DNA from: Vulcanimicrobiota bacterium
GTDB taxonomy: Bacteria > Vulcanimicrobiota > Vulcanimicrobiia > Vulcanimicrobiales > Vulcanimicrobiaceae
DNA length: 64,000 bases
NCBI GenBank assembly: GCA_963777365.1
Contig: CAVZQG010000013.1
Coordinates: 9,600 to 73,599, forward strand
Reading direction: 5' to 3'
A model generated the notes under the pieces. It did not search any database. It saw only the letters and a list, made by a program, of their open reading frames with translations, and was not told the origin of the DNA. This document shows positions 48,790 to 58,303 of this stretch, one piece after another (within the stretch, counting starts at the first letter, position 1; each line of letters opens with the position of its first letter). Made by a program: the position numbers and the translations under genes.

Positions 48790-49809
48790 ATGCATGATTT
48801 AACTCGTGGTCACGTCGTCGTTACCGGCGGCGCCGGCCTCATCGGCAGCGCTCTGGTCTGGGCGCTCAACCTGCGCGGCATCGACGATATCTACGTCGTC
48901 GACCGGCTCGATACGAGCGAGAAATGGAAGAACCTGGTCGCGCTTCGCTACCGCGACTACATCGACGCGGACGAATTCGAGCGGCGACTGCTGGAACGTC
49001 CATCGTTGTTTGCCGGGATACACACCGTGCTGCATATGGGCGCATGCTCCTCGACCACCGAGACGGATGCAGCCTACTTGATGCGAAACAACTACGAGTA
49101 CACCAAGCACGTTGCACACTGGGCCGCGGAGCAGGGCATTCGTTTCGTCTATGCCTCCTCGGCTGCGACCTACGGCGCGCTCGAACACGATCTGCGCGAC
49201 GATTCGGATATCGATGCGCTGCGTCCGCTCAACATGTACGCCTACTCCAAACAGCGGTTCGACGTATACGCGCGAGACCTGGGCCTGTTGGATCGCATAA
49301 CCGGCTTGAAGTATTTTAACGTTTTCGGACCCAACGAACACCACAAGGGCGAGATGCGCAGTTTGGTCGACAAGGCGTTCTACCAAATTCGCGAGAGCGG
49401 CAGTATCCGGCTGTTCAAGAGCCACCGCGCCGACTATCGCGACGGCGAACAGCAGCGCGATTTTCTCTACGTCAAGGATGCGGCCGCGATCACGCTTCAC
49501 CTCGCCGAGCATCAAGCAACGGGCATTTATAACGTCGGATCGGGGGTCGCCCACACCTGGCTGGATCTCGTGCGTCCGATCTTTCGCGCGATGGACGTTC
49601 CCGAGCGGATAGAGTTCATCGACATGCCGCTCACGCTGCGCGATAAATATCAGTATCACACCTGCGCGAACATCGAACGGCTGCGTGCGAGCGGATACGA
49701 TCGTCCGGTTACGCCGCTTCCCGAAGCGGTCGACGACTATGTTCGCAGCTACCTCATTCCCGGCCGGCGGCTCGATCCGCAGGCCGCAGCGCCCGCAGGA
49801 GTCAAGTGA
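48790..49809 (+). CDS. hldD: ADP-L-glycero-D-manno-heptose 6-epimerase
   Basis: VVVTGGAGLIGSALVWALN..., HMGACSSTTE, FVYASSAATYG, YAYSK and YFNVFGPNEHHKG are colinear with enterobacterial HldD/RfaD. Intact. Confidence 0.8.
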   Translation: MHDLTRGHVVVTGGAGLIGSALVWALNLRGIDDIYVVDRLDTSEKWKNLVALRYRDYIDADEFERRLLERPSLFAGIHTVLHMGACSSTTETDAAYLMRNNYEYTKHVAHWAAEQGIRFVYASSAATYGALEHDLRDDSDIDALRPLNMYAYSKQRFDVYARDLGLLDRITGLKYFNVFGPNEHHKGEMRSLVDKAFYQIRESGSIRLFKSHRADYRDGEQQRDFLYVKDAAAITLHLAEHQATGIYNVGSGVAHTWLDLVRPIFRAMDVPERIEFIDMPLTLRDKYQYHTCANIERLRASGYDRPVTPLPEAVDDYVRSYLIPGRRLDPQAAAPAGVK

Positions 49810-49816
49810 TCGCCCG

Positions 49817-50578
49817 ATGAGCCAATCTCGCGCCGACCGCCGTCGAACCAGTCGCGGAGGGGCGATGCCACCGCGCAAACGCGATCCCATGGTGCCGATC
49901 TACATCGCGTTTGCGGTACTCATCGCGCTGATTTTTCTCGGCTTCGGCATCGCGAATATGGTCACCAAACACTCACGTGACCAGGCCTCGGCTTTCGATT
50001 TGAGTACACCGACGCCGGGCCCGGCTCCGACATCGAAACCGATTCAAGTCAAGGATTTGCAGCCGATCGGAAAACCGACCGGTTTTCCGGTTGCCAATCT
50101 CCAAAAAGGCATTTTACCCGATACCAAAACGGGCGGACACGGCGATGCGGTTGACGGCATTCCCTGCCAAAGCATGGAAGTCGGCATCCTGCATATTCAT
50201 TCGCATCTGGCGCTTTTCAACGATGGCGTGCCCGTACAAATACCGGCGTTTATCGGCATGTCGCCGAGCCTTGGCGGCGGATGCTTATATTGGCTGCATA
50301 CGCACGGGCCCGACGGCATCATCCACGTCGAAGCCGGCGACGTCAGCGCACCGAGCGGCGGTCCGTTTACGCTGGGGATGTTCTTCGACATCTGGGGACA
50401 GCCGCTCAAACGCGACCAAATCGGTCCGTTCAAAGGTGACGTTACCGCATATGTCAACGGCGTACCGTACACCGGCGACTTGGCCGCCATTCCGCTTCGC
50501 GCTCACCAGATTATTACGCTCGAAGTAGGCAAGCCGATCGTTGCGCCGCCAAATTATAAACTACCGCCCAACGACTAG
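49817..50578 (+). CDS. Membrane-anchored secreted protein with HxH...HTHG domain (paralogue of 40851..41875)
   Basis: N-terminal TM helix VPIYIAFAVLIALIFLGFGIA. Domain: GGHGDAVDGIPC...GILHIHSHLALFNDGVPVQIPAFIG...CLYWLHTHGPDGIIHVEA...FTLGMFFDIWG. Intact. Confidence 0.6.
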   Translation: MSQSRADRRRTSRGGAMPPRKRDPMVPIYIAFAVLIALIFLGFGIANMVTKHSRDQASAFDLSTPTPGPAPTSKPIQVKDLQPIGKPTGFPVANLQKGILPDTKTGGHGDAVDGIPCQSMEVGILHIHSHLALFNDGVPVQIPAFIGMSPSLGGGCLYWLHTHGPDGIIHVEAGDVSAPSGGPFTLGMFFDIWGQPLKRDQIGPFKGDVTAYVNGVPYTGDLAAIPLRAHQIITLEVGKPIVAPPNYKLPPND

Positions 50579-50612
50579 TTAGGTCGCTCGATTCGCGGGG
50601 TAACAGCGGTGC

Positions 50613-51092
50613 ATGGCACGAGCGACGTGGAAGCCGCACGAAAAACACGGCACCTTAACTGAACGCGGCGATTTGCCCGACAGCGTATTTGCATTTCCCA
50701 AGGAGCGCGCAGAACCAATGACCGACGCCTCCCATGTTCGAAACGCGATTGCACGATTCGATCAAGTGCGCGGCGTTTCGGACGAAGAGCGCGACGTAGC
50801 GTTTGCAAATATCAAAAAAGCCGCTAAGCACTACGGCATAGATATCTCGGAAACGAGCTGGAGCGAACTCGGGCGGCGTCCGGCGACCGGCAGGCCGCGT
50901 ACGGCACGCAAAAAATCTGCAAAAAAGGCCGCACAAACCCGAGCGCGCCGCGGAACAGGTCAAAAAAAGACCGCCGCTCGCAAGCGCGGCGCGAAACGCG
51001 CGGCGGCAACTCGCAAGAAGGCCGGCGCTGCCAAGAAAACCACCCGCAAAAAAGCAACCAGCCGCAAGAGCACGCGTAAGAAACGTCGTTAA
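50613..51092 (+). CDS. Hypothetical protein: about 85-aa globular N-domain + Lys/Arg/Ala-rich basic tail
   Basis: ...FAFPKERAEPMTDASHVRNAIARFDQVRGVSDEERDVAFANIKKAAKHYGI..., then a KKSAKKAAQTRARRG...TRKKATSRKSTRKKRR tail. Confidence 0.55.
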   Translation: MARATWKPHEKHGTLTERGDLPDSVFAFPKERAEPMTDASHVRNAIARFDQVRGVSDEERDVAFANIKKAAKHYGIDISETSWSELGRRPATGRPRTARKKSAKKAAQTRARRGTGQKKTAARKRGAKRAAATRKKAGAAKKTTRKKATSRKSTRKKRR

Positions 51093-51142
51093 AGGCTCCC
51101 GGCGGCGTTATTGCCGCCGCCTCGCTTATCGCGATTGCGTTC

Positions 51143-52298
51143 ATGGGCAGCACGCTCATGACTCCGCTTTACGCGCTCTACCGGCGCGAATTCGGATTCT
51201 CTGAAATCACGCTGACGCTGGTCTACTCGATCTACGTCGTCGGGAATGTAACGGCGCTGCTGCTGTTCGGCCGCGTGTCCGATCGGATTGGCCGCAAACG
51301 TATCGGGCTTCCCGCGCTCGCACTCGCGGGGGTGAGCGCCGTTCTTTTCCTATTCGCGGCAAACACGGCATGGCTTTTCGTCGCACGGACCCTTAGCGGC
51401 TTCGCCGTGGGGATCGCCTCGGGAACCGGAACCGCTTGGCTCGCCGAACTCTACGGCAGCGAAAAACGTTCGCTTGCAACGCTCGCGGCGGCTTGCGCAA
51501 ACTTTGCGGGCGTTGCCGTAGGTCCGCTGCTCGCCGGGCCGCTCGCCCAGTACGCGCCGTGGCCTCTTGCGCTCTCGTTCATCGTCTATCTCGTGTTGGC
51601 GGCGATCGCGGCTTTTCTTCTCTCGCGCGCGCCCGAGACCGTCGAGCAAGAATGCACGATCCGCCAGGCCCTGACGGTACGGCCGCGGATCGGCGTGCCG
51701 CGCGAGCTATGGGGAAGTTTCATCGCTCCGGCGATAAATGTCTTCGGCACATTCGCATTGGTCGGCTTTTACGCCGCGCTGATCCCAAGCATTCTGATGC
51801 AGGACCTACATCAGAAAAATCTAGCAGTCGGCGGCGCGGTCGTCTTCGAACTGTTTGCCGTCTCGACCGTTACAATTCTGGTTACCCGCGCTATAAAAAG
51901 CGAACGCGCAATGTTCAGCGGCCTGGCACTTCTGCTGCCGGGACTTGGACTTTTAGTTCTCGCACAGGAGACTCAAATCGATGCCGCTGCTTCTTTTGGC
52001 GACCGCCATCGGCGGGACTGCAGCCGGCCTGGGCTACCGCGGAAGCTTGCAAGTCATCAACGACATCGCACCCGAAGATAAACGCGCGGAGGTCGTGTCT
52101 TCCTACTATGTCGCAGGGTTTGTCGGAAACTCACTACCGGTAATCGGTGTCGGGCTGTTAACCGCGGTCTCCAGCGCCGCGACGGCCAGCATTACATTTG
52201 CCGCCACGATTGCCGTCTTCTCGGTCGCCGCTATCGTAGTCGGCACAAAGCACCATGCACGGCAGGAGCACAATCGCCCCAGCCGCGCGGCGACATAG
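51143..52298 (+). CDS. MFS transporter, 1 frameshift (~51980); N-terminus probably incomplete
   Basis: LLFGRVSDRIGRKR motif and multiple TM segments. The frame is open back to 51092 without a start codon. The C-terminal part lies in ORF 51981..52298. Confidence 0.7.
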
Positions 52299-52302
52299 TA
52301 CT

Positions 52303-52604
52303 TTAGACCGGCGGTCCCACGGTGGAGGGTGGATTCGACGGGCGTTCATGCAGGAGCGACATCGACGCGTAAGCACCGATCCACGACCCCATTGCGGCAA
52401 ACAGCACGTAAACCCAATCTTTTGTGTAACTGATAACCGCAAAGGACGAGATCAGATACCAAACGCTGCTCCACGTTGCGGCGGGTAGGCGCCGCCGCCG
52501 GGCAACGGCCGCGGAGAACATCACATACACCGCATCCGTCGCGGCCGTACTCGCAACAACGCCTAAAGCCAGCAGAGGCGCAATGTGCCTGAAGTGTTCG
52601 AACA
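52303..52604 (-). CDS. Small membrane protein (about 100 aa)
   Basis: The hydrophobic ORF from MFEHFRHIAPLLALGVVAS... has three predicted TM stretches. It lies downstream of the TlpA-like gene. Confidence 0.4.
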
Positions 52605-52615
52605 TCGGATCCTCT

Positions 52616-53179
52616 CTACATAGCGCTATGAATGGCGCGATCCAACTCGGCGTAAGATGTTTCGCCGCTGGTGATATAACTGATCGTTTTATTCTTGTCG
52701 ATGACGACAAGCGTCGGAAAGCCGCCTTGCAGGTAGCGGTGCGCGACGTCGAGCGAACCGTCGTAGGCGAGCGGATATTGTGCGTGCATCTGTGAGGCGA
52801 AGTTGAGCACGTCCTGCTCGCTCGCGGGCGATTGCCCATCCATTCCGGTGTTACTGCCGGAGACGCCCACGAAATCTACTTGTCCCTTATATTTGGAGTA
52901 GAGCTGATCGATCACGGCCGTTTCACGCTGGCAGTGCGGACACCACGTCGCGAACACTTCCAGGAATACCGGTTTGTTCGTCTTTGAAAGGTCGAAGTAG
53001 CCCTTGTCGGTCGCCGCGGTAAACGGCGGTGCCTTCTCTCCCCGCTGCGCCGTTGCGATCACCGGAGATTGCGTTGCGCTGCTTTTCACGCCCCCCGTAT
53101 ACGCGTAACGAACGGCTACGACAATACCGACGATAACCACCAGGACGGTAGCCCAGATCCAGATGCGACGATTGTTCAT
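52616..53179 (-). CDS. TlpA/ResA-like membrane-anchored thioredoxin-fold thiol:disulfide oxidoreductase
   Basis: N-terminal TM helix, active site FATWCPHCQRE, and a thioredoxin-fold tail ...GFPTLVVIDKN. Confidence 0.8.
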   Translation of the reverse strand: MNNRRIWIWATVLVVIVGIVVAVRYAYTGGVKSSATQSPVIATAQRGEKAPPFTAATDKGYFDLSKTNKPVFLEVFATWCPHCQRETAVIDQLYSKYKGQVDFVGVSGSNTGMDGQSPASEQDVLNFASQMHAQYPLAYDGSLDVAHRYLQGGFPTLVVIDKNKTISYITSGETSYAELDRAIHSAM

Positions 53180-53622
53180 GCGTTCCTCATACGGCCGTCG
53201 AGCGAAAACGAACCCGGTGCGCGCCACGCCACGATCAAGCAGACCGCCGCCAGCGAAAGATCGATGAAAACATGCGGCCAGTCCGCCTTTGCCTGATCCT
53301 GCGGACCGAAGCATCCACAGTTCGCCGGAATATTGCGTAAGACTGCAGAGGCAATCGCCGCCGAATAGATTGCCAGCAGCGCTCCCGCGAGAATTGCCGC
53401 ACCGCGCGTGAACAGGCCCGCAATGAGATAGAGACCCACGCCGATTTCCAAGAAGGGCAGCAACACGGCCAGAGGTGCGATAACCGTCGCGGGGATAAGG
53501 CGAAAGCCCGCGATAGCCGCGGCCAAATCGTTGAAATGCCCGACCTTTGTCGCGCCCGCCACGACGAACAGCGCACCGATCAGGACGCGAACGGCAAAAG
53601 TCACGGCTTGACCTATGGCCAT
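53176..53622 (-). CDS. MauE/DoxX-like membrane protein
   Basis: Four TM helices and a CGCFG motif (NIPANCGCFGPQ) typical of MauE-like proteins. Its stop overlaps the TlpA-like start (ATGA). Confidence 0.6.
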   Translation of the reverse strand: MAIGQAVTFAVRVLIGALFVVAGATKVGHFNDLAAAIAGFRLIPATVIAPLAVLLPFLEIGVGLYLIAGLFTRGAAILAGALLAIYSAAIASAVLRNIPANCGCFGPQDQAKADWPHVFIDLSLAAVCLIVAWRAPGSFSLDGRMRNA

Positions 53623-53640
53623 GCGCCTATGGTAGGTCTG

Positions 53641-54200
53641 ATGGGTCGATTTCTCCCCCTCGCTGCGATGGTATGCCTGGTTCTTGGCGCGTGCGCGCCG
53701 CCCGCGCCCCTGCACGGCACGGTGCTCTCGCCGCCGAAAGCCGCGCGCCGCTTCTCGCTCGTCGATCAAAACGGCACGCGATACGTGCTTGCGCAAGAGC
53801 AGAATCGATTTACAGCGCTGTATTTCGGCTTTACGCACTGCAAAGATATTTGTCCGCAAACGCTTGCAATGCTCGGCAAGGCACGCGCCCGAGCCGGGTT
53901 AACGCCCGCACAGCTTCAGATCGTTATGGTAAGCGTCGATCCGGCGCGCGATACGGCCGGCCGCGATGCGCGCGTTCTTCGCGAAGGTCGGGGTGCAAGC
54001 GGTCGGGCTACACGCGCCCGCGGCGCAGATGGTGCCGGTCTACCGCGCCTACGGTGTTGCCGTGCGAGACCAAGCTTCACGATATCGGCCACACCGACGT
54101 TATCTACATCCTCGACAAACAAGGACGCACGCGTGAAATACTCTCGCCGCAAACGCCGGTTGACGCCGTTGCGCAAGACCTGCGGGCGCTAGTAGAGTAA
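53641..54200 (+). CDS. SCO1/SenC copper chaperone, 2 frameshifts (~53960, ~54070)
   Basis: Lipoprotein-like MGRFLPLAAMVCLVLGAC. FGFTHCKDICP (CxxxCP), ...VSVDPARDT, then other frames ...VPVYRAYGV... and HDIGHTDVIYILDKQGR. Confidence 0.75.
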
Positions 54201-54209
54201 GAAATCGAG

Positions 54210-55206
54210 ATGCGATCCCTTCGCTCGGCATGTGCGGCACTTGCGCTGCTCGCTGTCGGCAGCCGTCCCAGCCCTTGCCCTCTCCGCGGTCATTCCGATT
54301 CACGGTACGGCGCTTAGCACCGGGCACCGAGGGACGCTCATCGTTCGCACCGACGCCGTGACGGGAATGGTCCCCGCGCAAACGCGTGCTTTCGACGTCG
54401 AGCCGAAACTGCTGTTGCCGCCGGGAACCGGCATAGATGCATTTCTCGATCGTTCTCGCGAGCCGTGGCGATTATACGATGCAAGCGTAGCGGCCAAGTT
54501 CGTACCGGGCCTCCCCGAGAGCGGGAAGGTGTTTCCAATCGACTACGGATCGCAGCTGCCGCACACGCAACTCGTCGATCAGCGCGGACAGCTCGTCGAT
54601 CTCGCGTCCGACTTTCACGGCAAAGTCGTCTTGATCAGTTTTATCTTCACACGCTGTCCCGACAAGGACGAGTGCCCGGCAGTGAGCGCAAAGTTCGCGG
54701 CTCTGCAGCAGCAGTTGGATCCCGGCCGCTTTCACTTGGTGGAAATAACACTCGATCCGGTCTACGACTCGCCTTGGGTGATGCAGCGATACGCCGCGCA
54801 GTTCGGCGCAAAACCCGGGTCGTGGTCGATTTTGACCGGGCAGCAGCACGAGATTCAACACTTGCTGAACCGGTTCGGCATCTCGTCACTGCGCGTGAGC
54901 GATGCAGCCTTCATTCACAATGACAAGGTGTTTATCACCACGCCCGACGGAAAAATAGCGGACATCGTGCAAACCGTCGGCTTTTCTCCCGACGCACTTG
55001 CCGCACAGGCTGCGCATCTTGCGGGGATGGCTTCCAGCCCGTTTGGACGCTGGAAGCTCGCGATTATCGCGGGCGCCGTTGCGCTTTGCGGAGGCAGTCA
55101 ATTCGCCGGTGTGGTGTTGCTGGAGACGGTTCTCTTCTTGATAATCGCCGTTCTTTCGTTCGTCACGCTCGGCTGGATCGCGCGCAAAATATGGAAACGC
55201 GCGTAG
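54210..55206 (+). CDS. SCO-family protein with extra N-terminal domain and C-terminal TM segments, probable frame break in the signal peptide (~54255)
   Basis: MRSLRSACAALALLAVG... (ATG at 54210), then the listed frame. FIFTRCPDKDECP..., ITLDPVYDSP and IHNDKVFITTPDGK. Two C-terminal TM helices. Confidence 0.65.
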
Positions 55207-55215
55207 CCGTACGAG

Positions 55216-56118
55216 TTACGATGCCGCGGCAATTCGCGTTAATGCGTACGCGATGGCTGCCGAACTCTCGTCAGCCGTACCAGGTGTGAGCCGGTAGCAT
55301 TTCACGTCTCGAAGCGTAACGATGGCGCGGGCGACGCGGTCGACCATATCGCCTCGTGTATCGAACCATCGCGATATCGAGGGCAACGCGGCGGCCGTAT
55401 CGATGGCTTCGAGAGCCGCGCAGTGCCCGGGAGCGCCGAGTACAAAGAGCGCCCGCAGCGGACGCGGCGCTGCGACTGCGGTAGATCCGAAAAACGTTTT
55501 GAGCGAGAGTTCCGGGATGACGCGCAGGGCGTCGCCCGCGCGATCGCCGTCGTTGTCGGAGAGCAGCAGGCGCGCACCGGCGGCGCGCACGGAGCATCGG
55601 CGCAAGAACGGATGCACGACGTTCTCGCACAGGATCGCGCGTTCGTCGGAGTATATCCGCATGCCGCGGCGTGCACATGCGAGCAGCGTGCCGGCTTTGC
55701 CTCGGCTGGAGTTGCCGGCGATCGCCGCCGCAATGCCGCCGTATTCGACGGCTGCGGCGTGCATCGAGGCCAGTCGCTGATCGAATCGCACCAGCGCGGA
55801 GATAACGACGGTGTCGGCGAGAAAGACGACGGCATCCGCCGGAAGAGCGCCTTGCGACCAGCGCCACGACGGCGCGTGCGCGCACCAGAATGCGTACCCT
55901 CCGCGCACCGTTGCCACGTAATAGCGAAAATTCGGTTCGCGCTTTGCGGGATGGTCGGCATACCGCAGCGCAAATAGGCGCGCTACATCGGGAACGTCCG
56001 TGCAAAGTTCCACGGCGACGCCCGCAATTTGACATCTCGCCGTATGCACGCAGTGGCGTTCGAGCGCGGCGTTCGCCTCGCCGGATCGGGTAAGCTGTTC
56101 CGCGCGTATTACGCGCAT
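55216..56118 (-). CDS. HPr-kinase-C-terminal-like P-loop protein (HprK-related kinase)
   Basis: GGIAAAIAGNSSRGKAGTLLACARRGMRIYSDERAIL fits the HprK C-domain pattern G-x-S-x-x-GK-[SA]...RG....[SD]DE. About 110 aa of unknown N-domain. Confidence 0.6.
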   Translation of the reverse strand: MRVIRAEQLTRSGEANAALERHCVHTARCQIAGVAVELCTDVPDVARLFALRYADHPAKREPNFRYYVATVRGGYAFWCAHAPSWRWSQGALPADAVVFLADTVVISALVRFDQRLASMHAAAVEYGGIAAAIAGNSSRGKAGTLLACARRGMRIYSDERAILCENVVHPFLRRCSVRAAGARLLLSDNDGDRAGDALRVIPELSLKTFFGSTAVAAPRPLRALFVLGAPGHCAALEAIDTAAALPSISRWFDTRGDMVDRVARAIVTLRDVKCYRLTPGTADESSAAIAYALTRIAAAS

Positions 56119-57003
56119 GTCTGCACCTCGCGCAGGAATTCTCCGGCTGAGCGCTGCGGATCGGCAAGCGATATCTCATACTGCGGCACGCCGCGCATCG
56201 CGCGTCGCAAACCGGAGACCTGCGCGAGCTGAGACGGGCGCACGTAGGCCCGCTGCATGAGTGCGGGGAGCGACTGATTGAGTTCGACGCGGCGAATTGC
56301 GAAATCAGCCGAACGATCGCGAATGATGCACACCGCACCCAAACGGTGCGCCCGATCGCTGGGGGCAACGCCGCCCAGTTGATCGGCTCGGAGTGCGTAC
56401 CACATCCGGCCGCGTTCGGTTTCGAGCACGTGATCGGCCGCGGTGATGCTCGCGCGCATCTCATCGGAGGGCAGAAATGCCAAGGCAGGTTCGCGCAGCG
56501 CGGGCTTTCGCGCCAATGCGCAGACCGTCTTGGGCCGCAGTTCGAGCAGCAGCGGTCTCATCACCTAAAAAGCGGGCACCTTGCCATGCCAGATGCAGGG
56601 CAAACAGCGTTTTGCCGATTGCGGTGGGTCCCAAAATCAAGACGGCGGATCCGCCGATTTCCACCAGCGCGCCATAGAGCGCGATGCTCTCCGGATGAGC
56701 GACCGCGAAGCGGGCAAAGAGTTCCTTTGCCGCGTAGTACGCTGAAAGGAGCTCGCACGAGCTGCCCAAGTCTCCAATCGGGAGCGCGCGACGGTCGAAA
56801 CGCACGTGCAAGCGACCGTCACCAAGCCGCCGGACTGCGGCGGTATGATGCACGCCGCGCCCATCGGAGACGCGAGCATCCGCGTACGTCGTCTCCAAGA
56901 TGTGCGTGAAGGACTCGTCCTGGGCGGCCACGGCTAGGACGCGGCCGGCCATGGAGAATGCGGCACGCGCGAGCGGACGCGGCGCCGCAGCTATTGCTGC
57001 CAT
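56109..57003 (-). CDS. Second HPr-kinase-like P-loop protein, 1 frameshift (~56560); start uncertain
   Basis: GGSAVLILGPTAIGKTLFALHLAWQGARFLGDE lies in ORF 56461..57003. The continuation ...RPLLLELRPKTVCAL... lies in ORF 56109..56564. A GAGGAGG SD precedes an out-of-frame ATG 25 nt upstream of the listed start. Confidence 0.55.
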
Positions 57004-57215
57004 CGGCCTTGCCCAACTCCCAAACGCATTCGGTTCCTCCTCACCGCTCCCGGAGCACTATCGTAATCGCCGCAGCCTGCCGCGCGCGACGGTATACCAG
57101 TCCTGCGTTGGGGACGGTAGGGCTAGGCCGAGTCAGGCCCTTCGGTCCTGGCACATATTAGGGTAGGGCGGCAATAAGGAAACCCAGCGTCTTTTAAGAA
57201 AATGCAGAATCCTTA

Positions 57216-57779
57216 ATGGGAGTGCCGCGGAAGCCAATCGAGCCGCCCACGCCGGAGCAGGCTGCCTTTCTCGAGCAGGCGATCGAGCAGCACGGCAAGG
57301 CAACCTACAATTTCGCCCTTCGCCTCACGCACAATGAAGCGGACGCCCGCGACCTGACCCAGGAAGCGTTTATCCGCGTCTACCGGGCCTGGCGCAGCTT
57401 CCAGCCGGGAACCTCGTTTCTGTCCTGGATCTATCGCATCGTAACAAATCTGTACCGGGATGAACTTCGGCGCAAGAAGGGACGTTACCAAGAGGAGATC
57501 CCGGAGGACAACGCCCCGGTGGCCGGCCACCCCGAGCGGCCTCTGTCGGTTTCACCGATTGAAGACTATGTGGAGGGGCAACTCAGCGAGACGCTCGCGC
57601 GGTCGCTGCAGCAGCTCTCTCCAGAACAGCGCCAGGTGATCGTCCTGGCCGACATAGAGGAGTACAGTTACCAGGAGATCGCGGAGATTATGGCTTGTTC
57701 GATAGGAACGGTCCGCTCCCGGCTCCACCGCGCGCGAGCGTTGCTACGCCGTTTAGTACAGAGACAACAACACTCATGA
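57216..57779 (+). CDS. ECF-type sigma-70 family RNA polymerase sigma factor
   Basis: Region 2 is DLTQEAFIRVYRAW...FLSWIYRIVTNLYRDELRR. Region 4 is LSPEQRQVIVLADIEEYSYQEIAEIMACSIGTVRSRLHRAR. Confidence 0.85.
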   Translation: MGVPRKPIEPPTPEQAAFLEQAIEQHGKATYNFALRLTHNEADARDLTQEAFIRVYRAWRSFQPGTSFLSWIYRIVTNLYRDELRRKKGRYQEEIPEDNAPVAGHPERPLSVSPIEDYVEGQLSETLARSLQQLSPEQRQVIVLADIEEYSYQEIAEIMACSIGTVRSRLHRARALLRRLVQRQQHS

Positions 57780-58303
57780 GTCAGCATCTGAAAACCGAAA
57801 CCCTCATCGACTACATGCACGGAGCACTCTCGCCGCAAGAAGATGCGGCGGTTCACGCGCACATGGAAGCGTGCGAAGCGTGCCGCAGCGAATTCGACGC
57901 GGAAGCGGCGATTTCAGAGATGCTGCGCAGCTACGCCGCGAGCGAAGAACGCGAATTCCCGGCCACGTTGAAGGCACAGATTTGGAGCCGTATCCGGGAA
58001 GCTCGGCCCTCGCCCTGGAGCAGCCTGATCGAACGCCTGCGCCCTGCCGTGACGTTGCCGATCGCCGCGGCGCTTGCGCTTGCAGCGTATTTCGGAACGA
58101 CCTACATGAGCCCGCACGGGTCTCCGTCGATCGAAGCCGCGTACTATTTACAGGATCATGCGGCACTCAACAGCACGATACCCTTCAGCGATCGCACATC
58201 CATCAATCCGGTCGATCTGGACAACGGGACAGCGGTCGATACCTCACAGCAGACAGCCGTCAACGTAGAAGCCGATTCATACACGGCGGATGCAAATCCG
58301 TAA
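57776..58303 (+). CDS. Anti-sigma factor (zf-HC2 type) with one TM helix
   Basis: The ATG overlaps the sigma stop (ATGA). H-x3-C-x2-C motif HAHMEACEAC. TM helix AVTLPIAAALALAAYFG. Confidence 0.7.
   Translation: MSQHLKTETLIDYMHGALSPQEDAAVHAHMEACEACRSEFDAEAAISEMLRSYAASEEREFPATLKAQIWSRIREARPSPWSSLIERLRPAVTLPIAAALALAAYFGTTYMSPHGSPSIEAAYYLQDHAALNSTIPFSDRTSINPVDLDNGTAVDTSQQTAVNVEADSYTADANP

Noticed and set aside
55271-56464. A 397-aa minus-strand ORF and a 223-aa ORF (55302..55973) overlapping the HprK-like genes.
   Set aside because: They are extremely Arg/Cys/Pro-rich alternative frames. The P-loop-containing frames give sensible proteins instead.
57004-57215. An ECF-type autoregulatory promoter (GGAAAC at 57178) upstream of the sigma gene, and a 12-codon ORF (MRLGVGQGRWQQ) with a strong SD on the minus strand as a possible leader or precursor peptide.
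   Set aside because: No CGT-type -10 element lies at the right spacing, and the start codon would be too close. The mini-ORF is more simply explained by a mis-placed start or frame error of the adjacent kinase-like gene.
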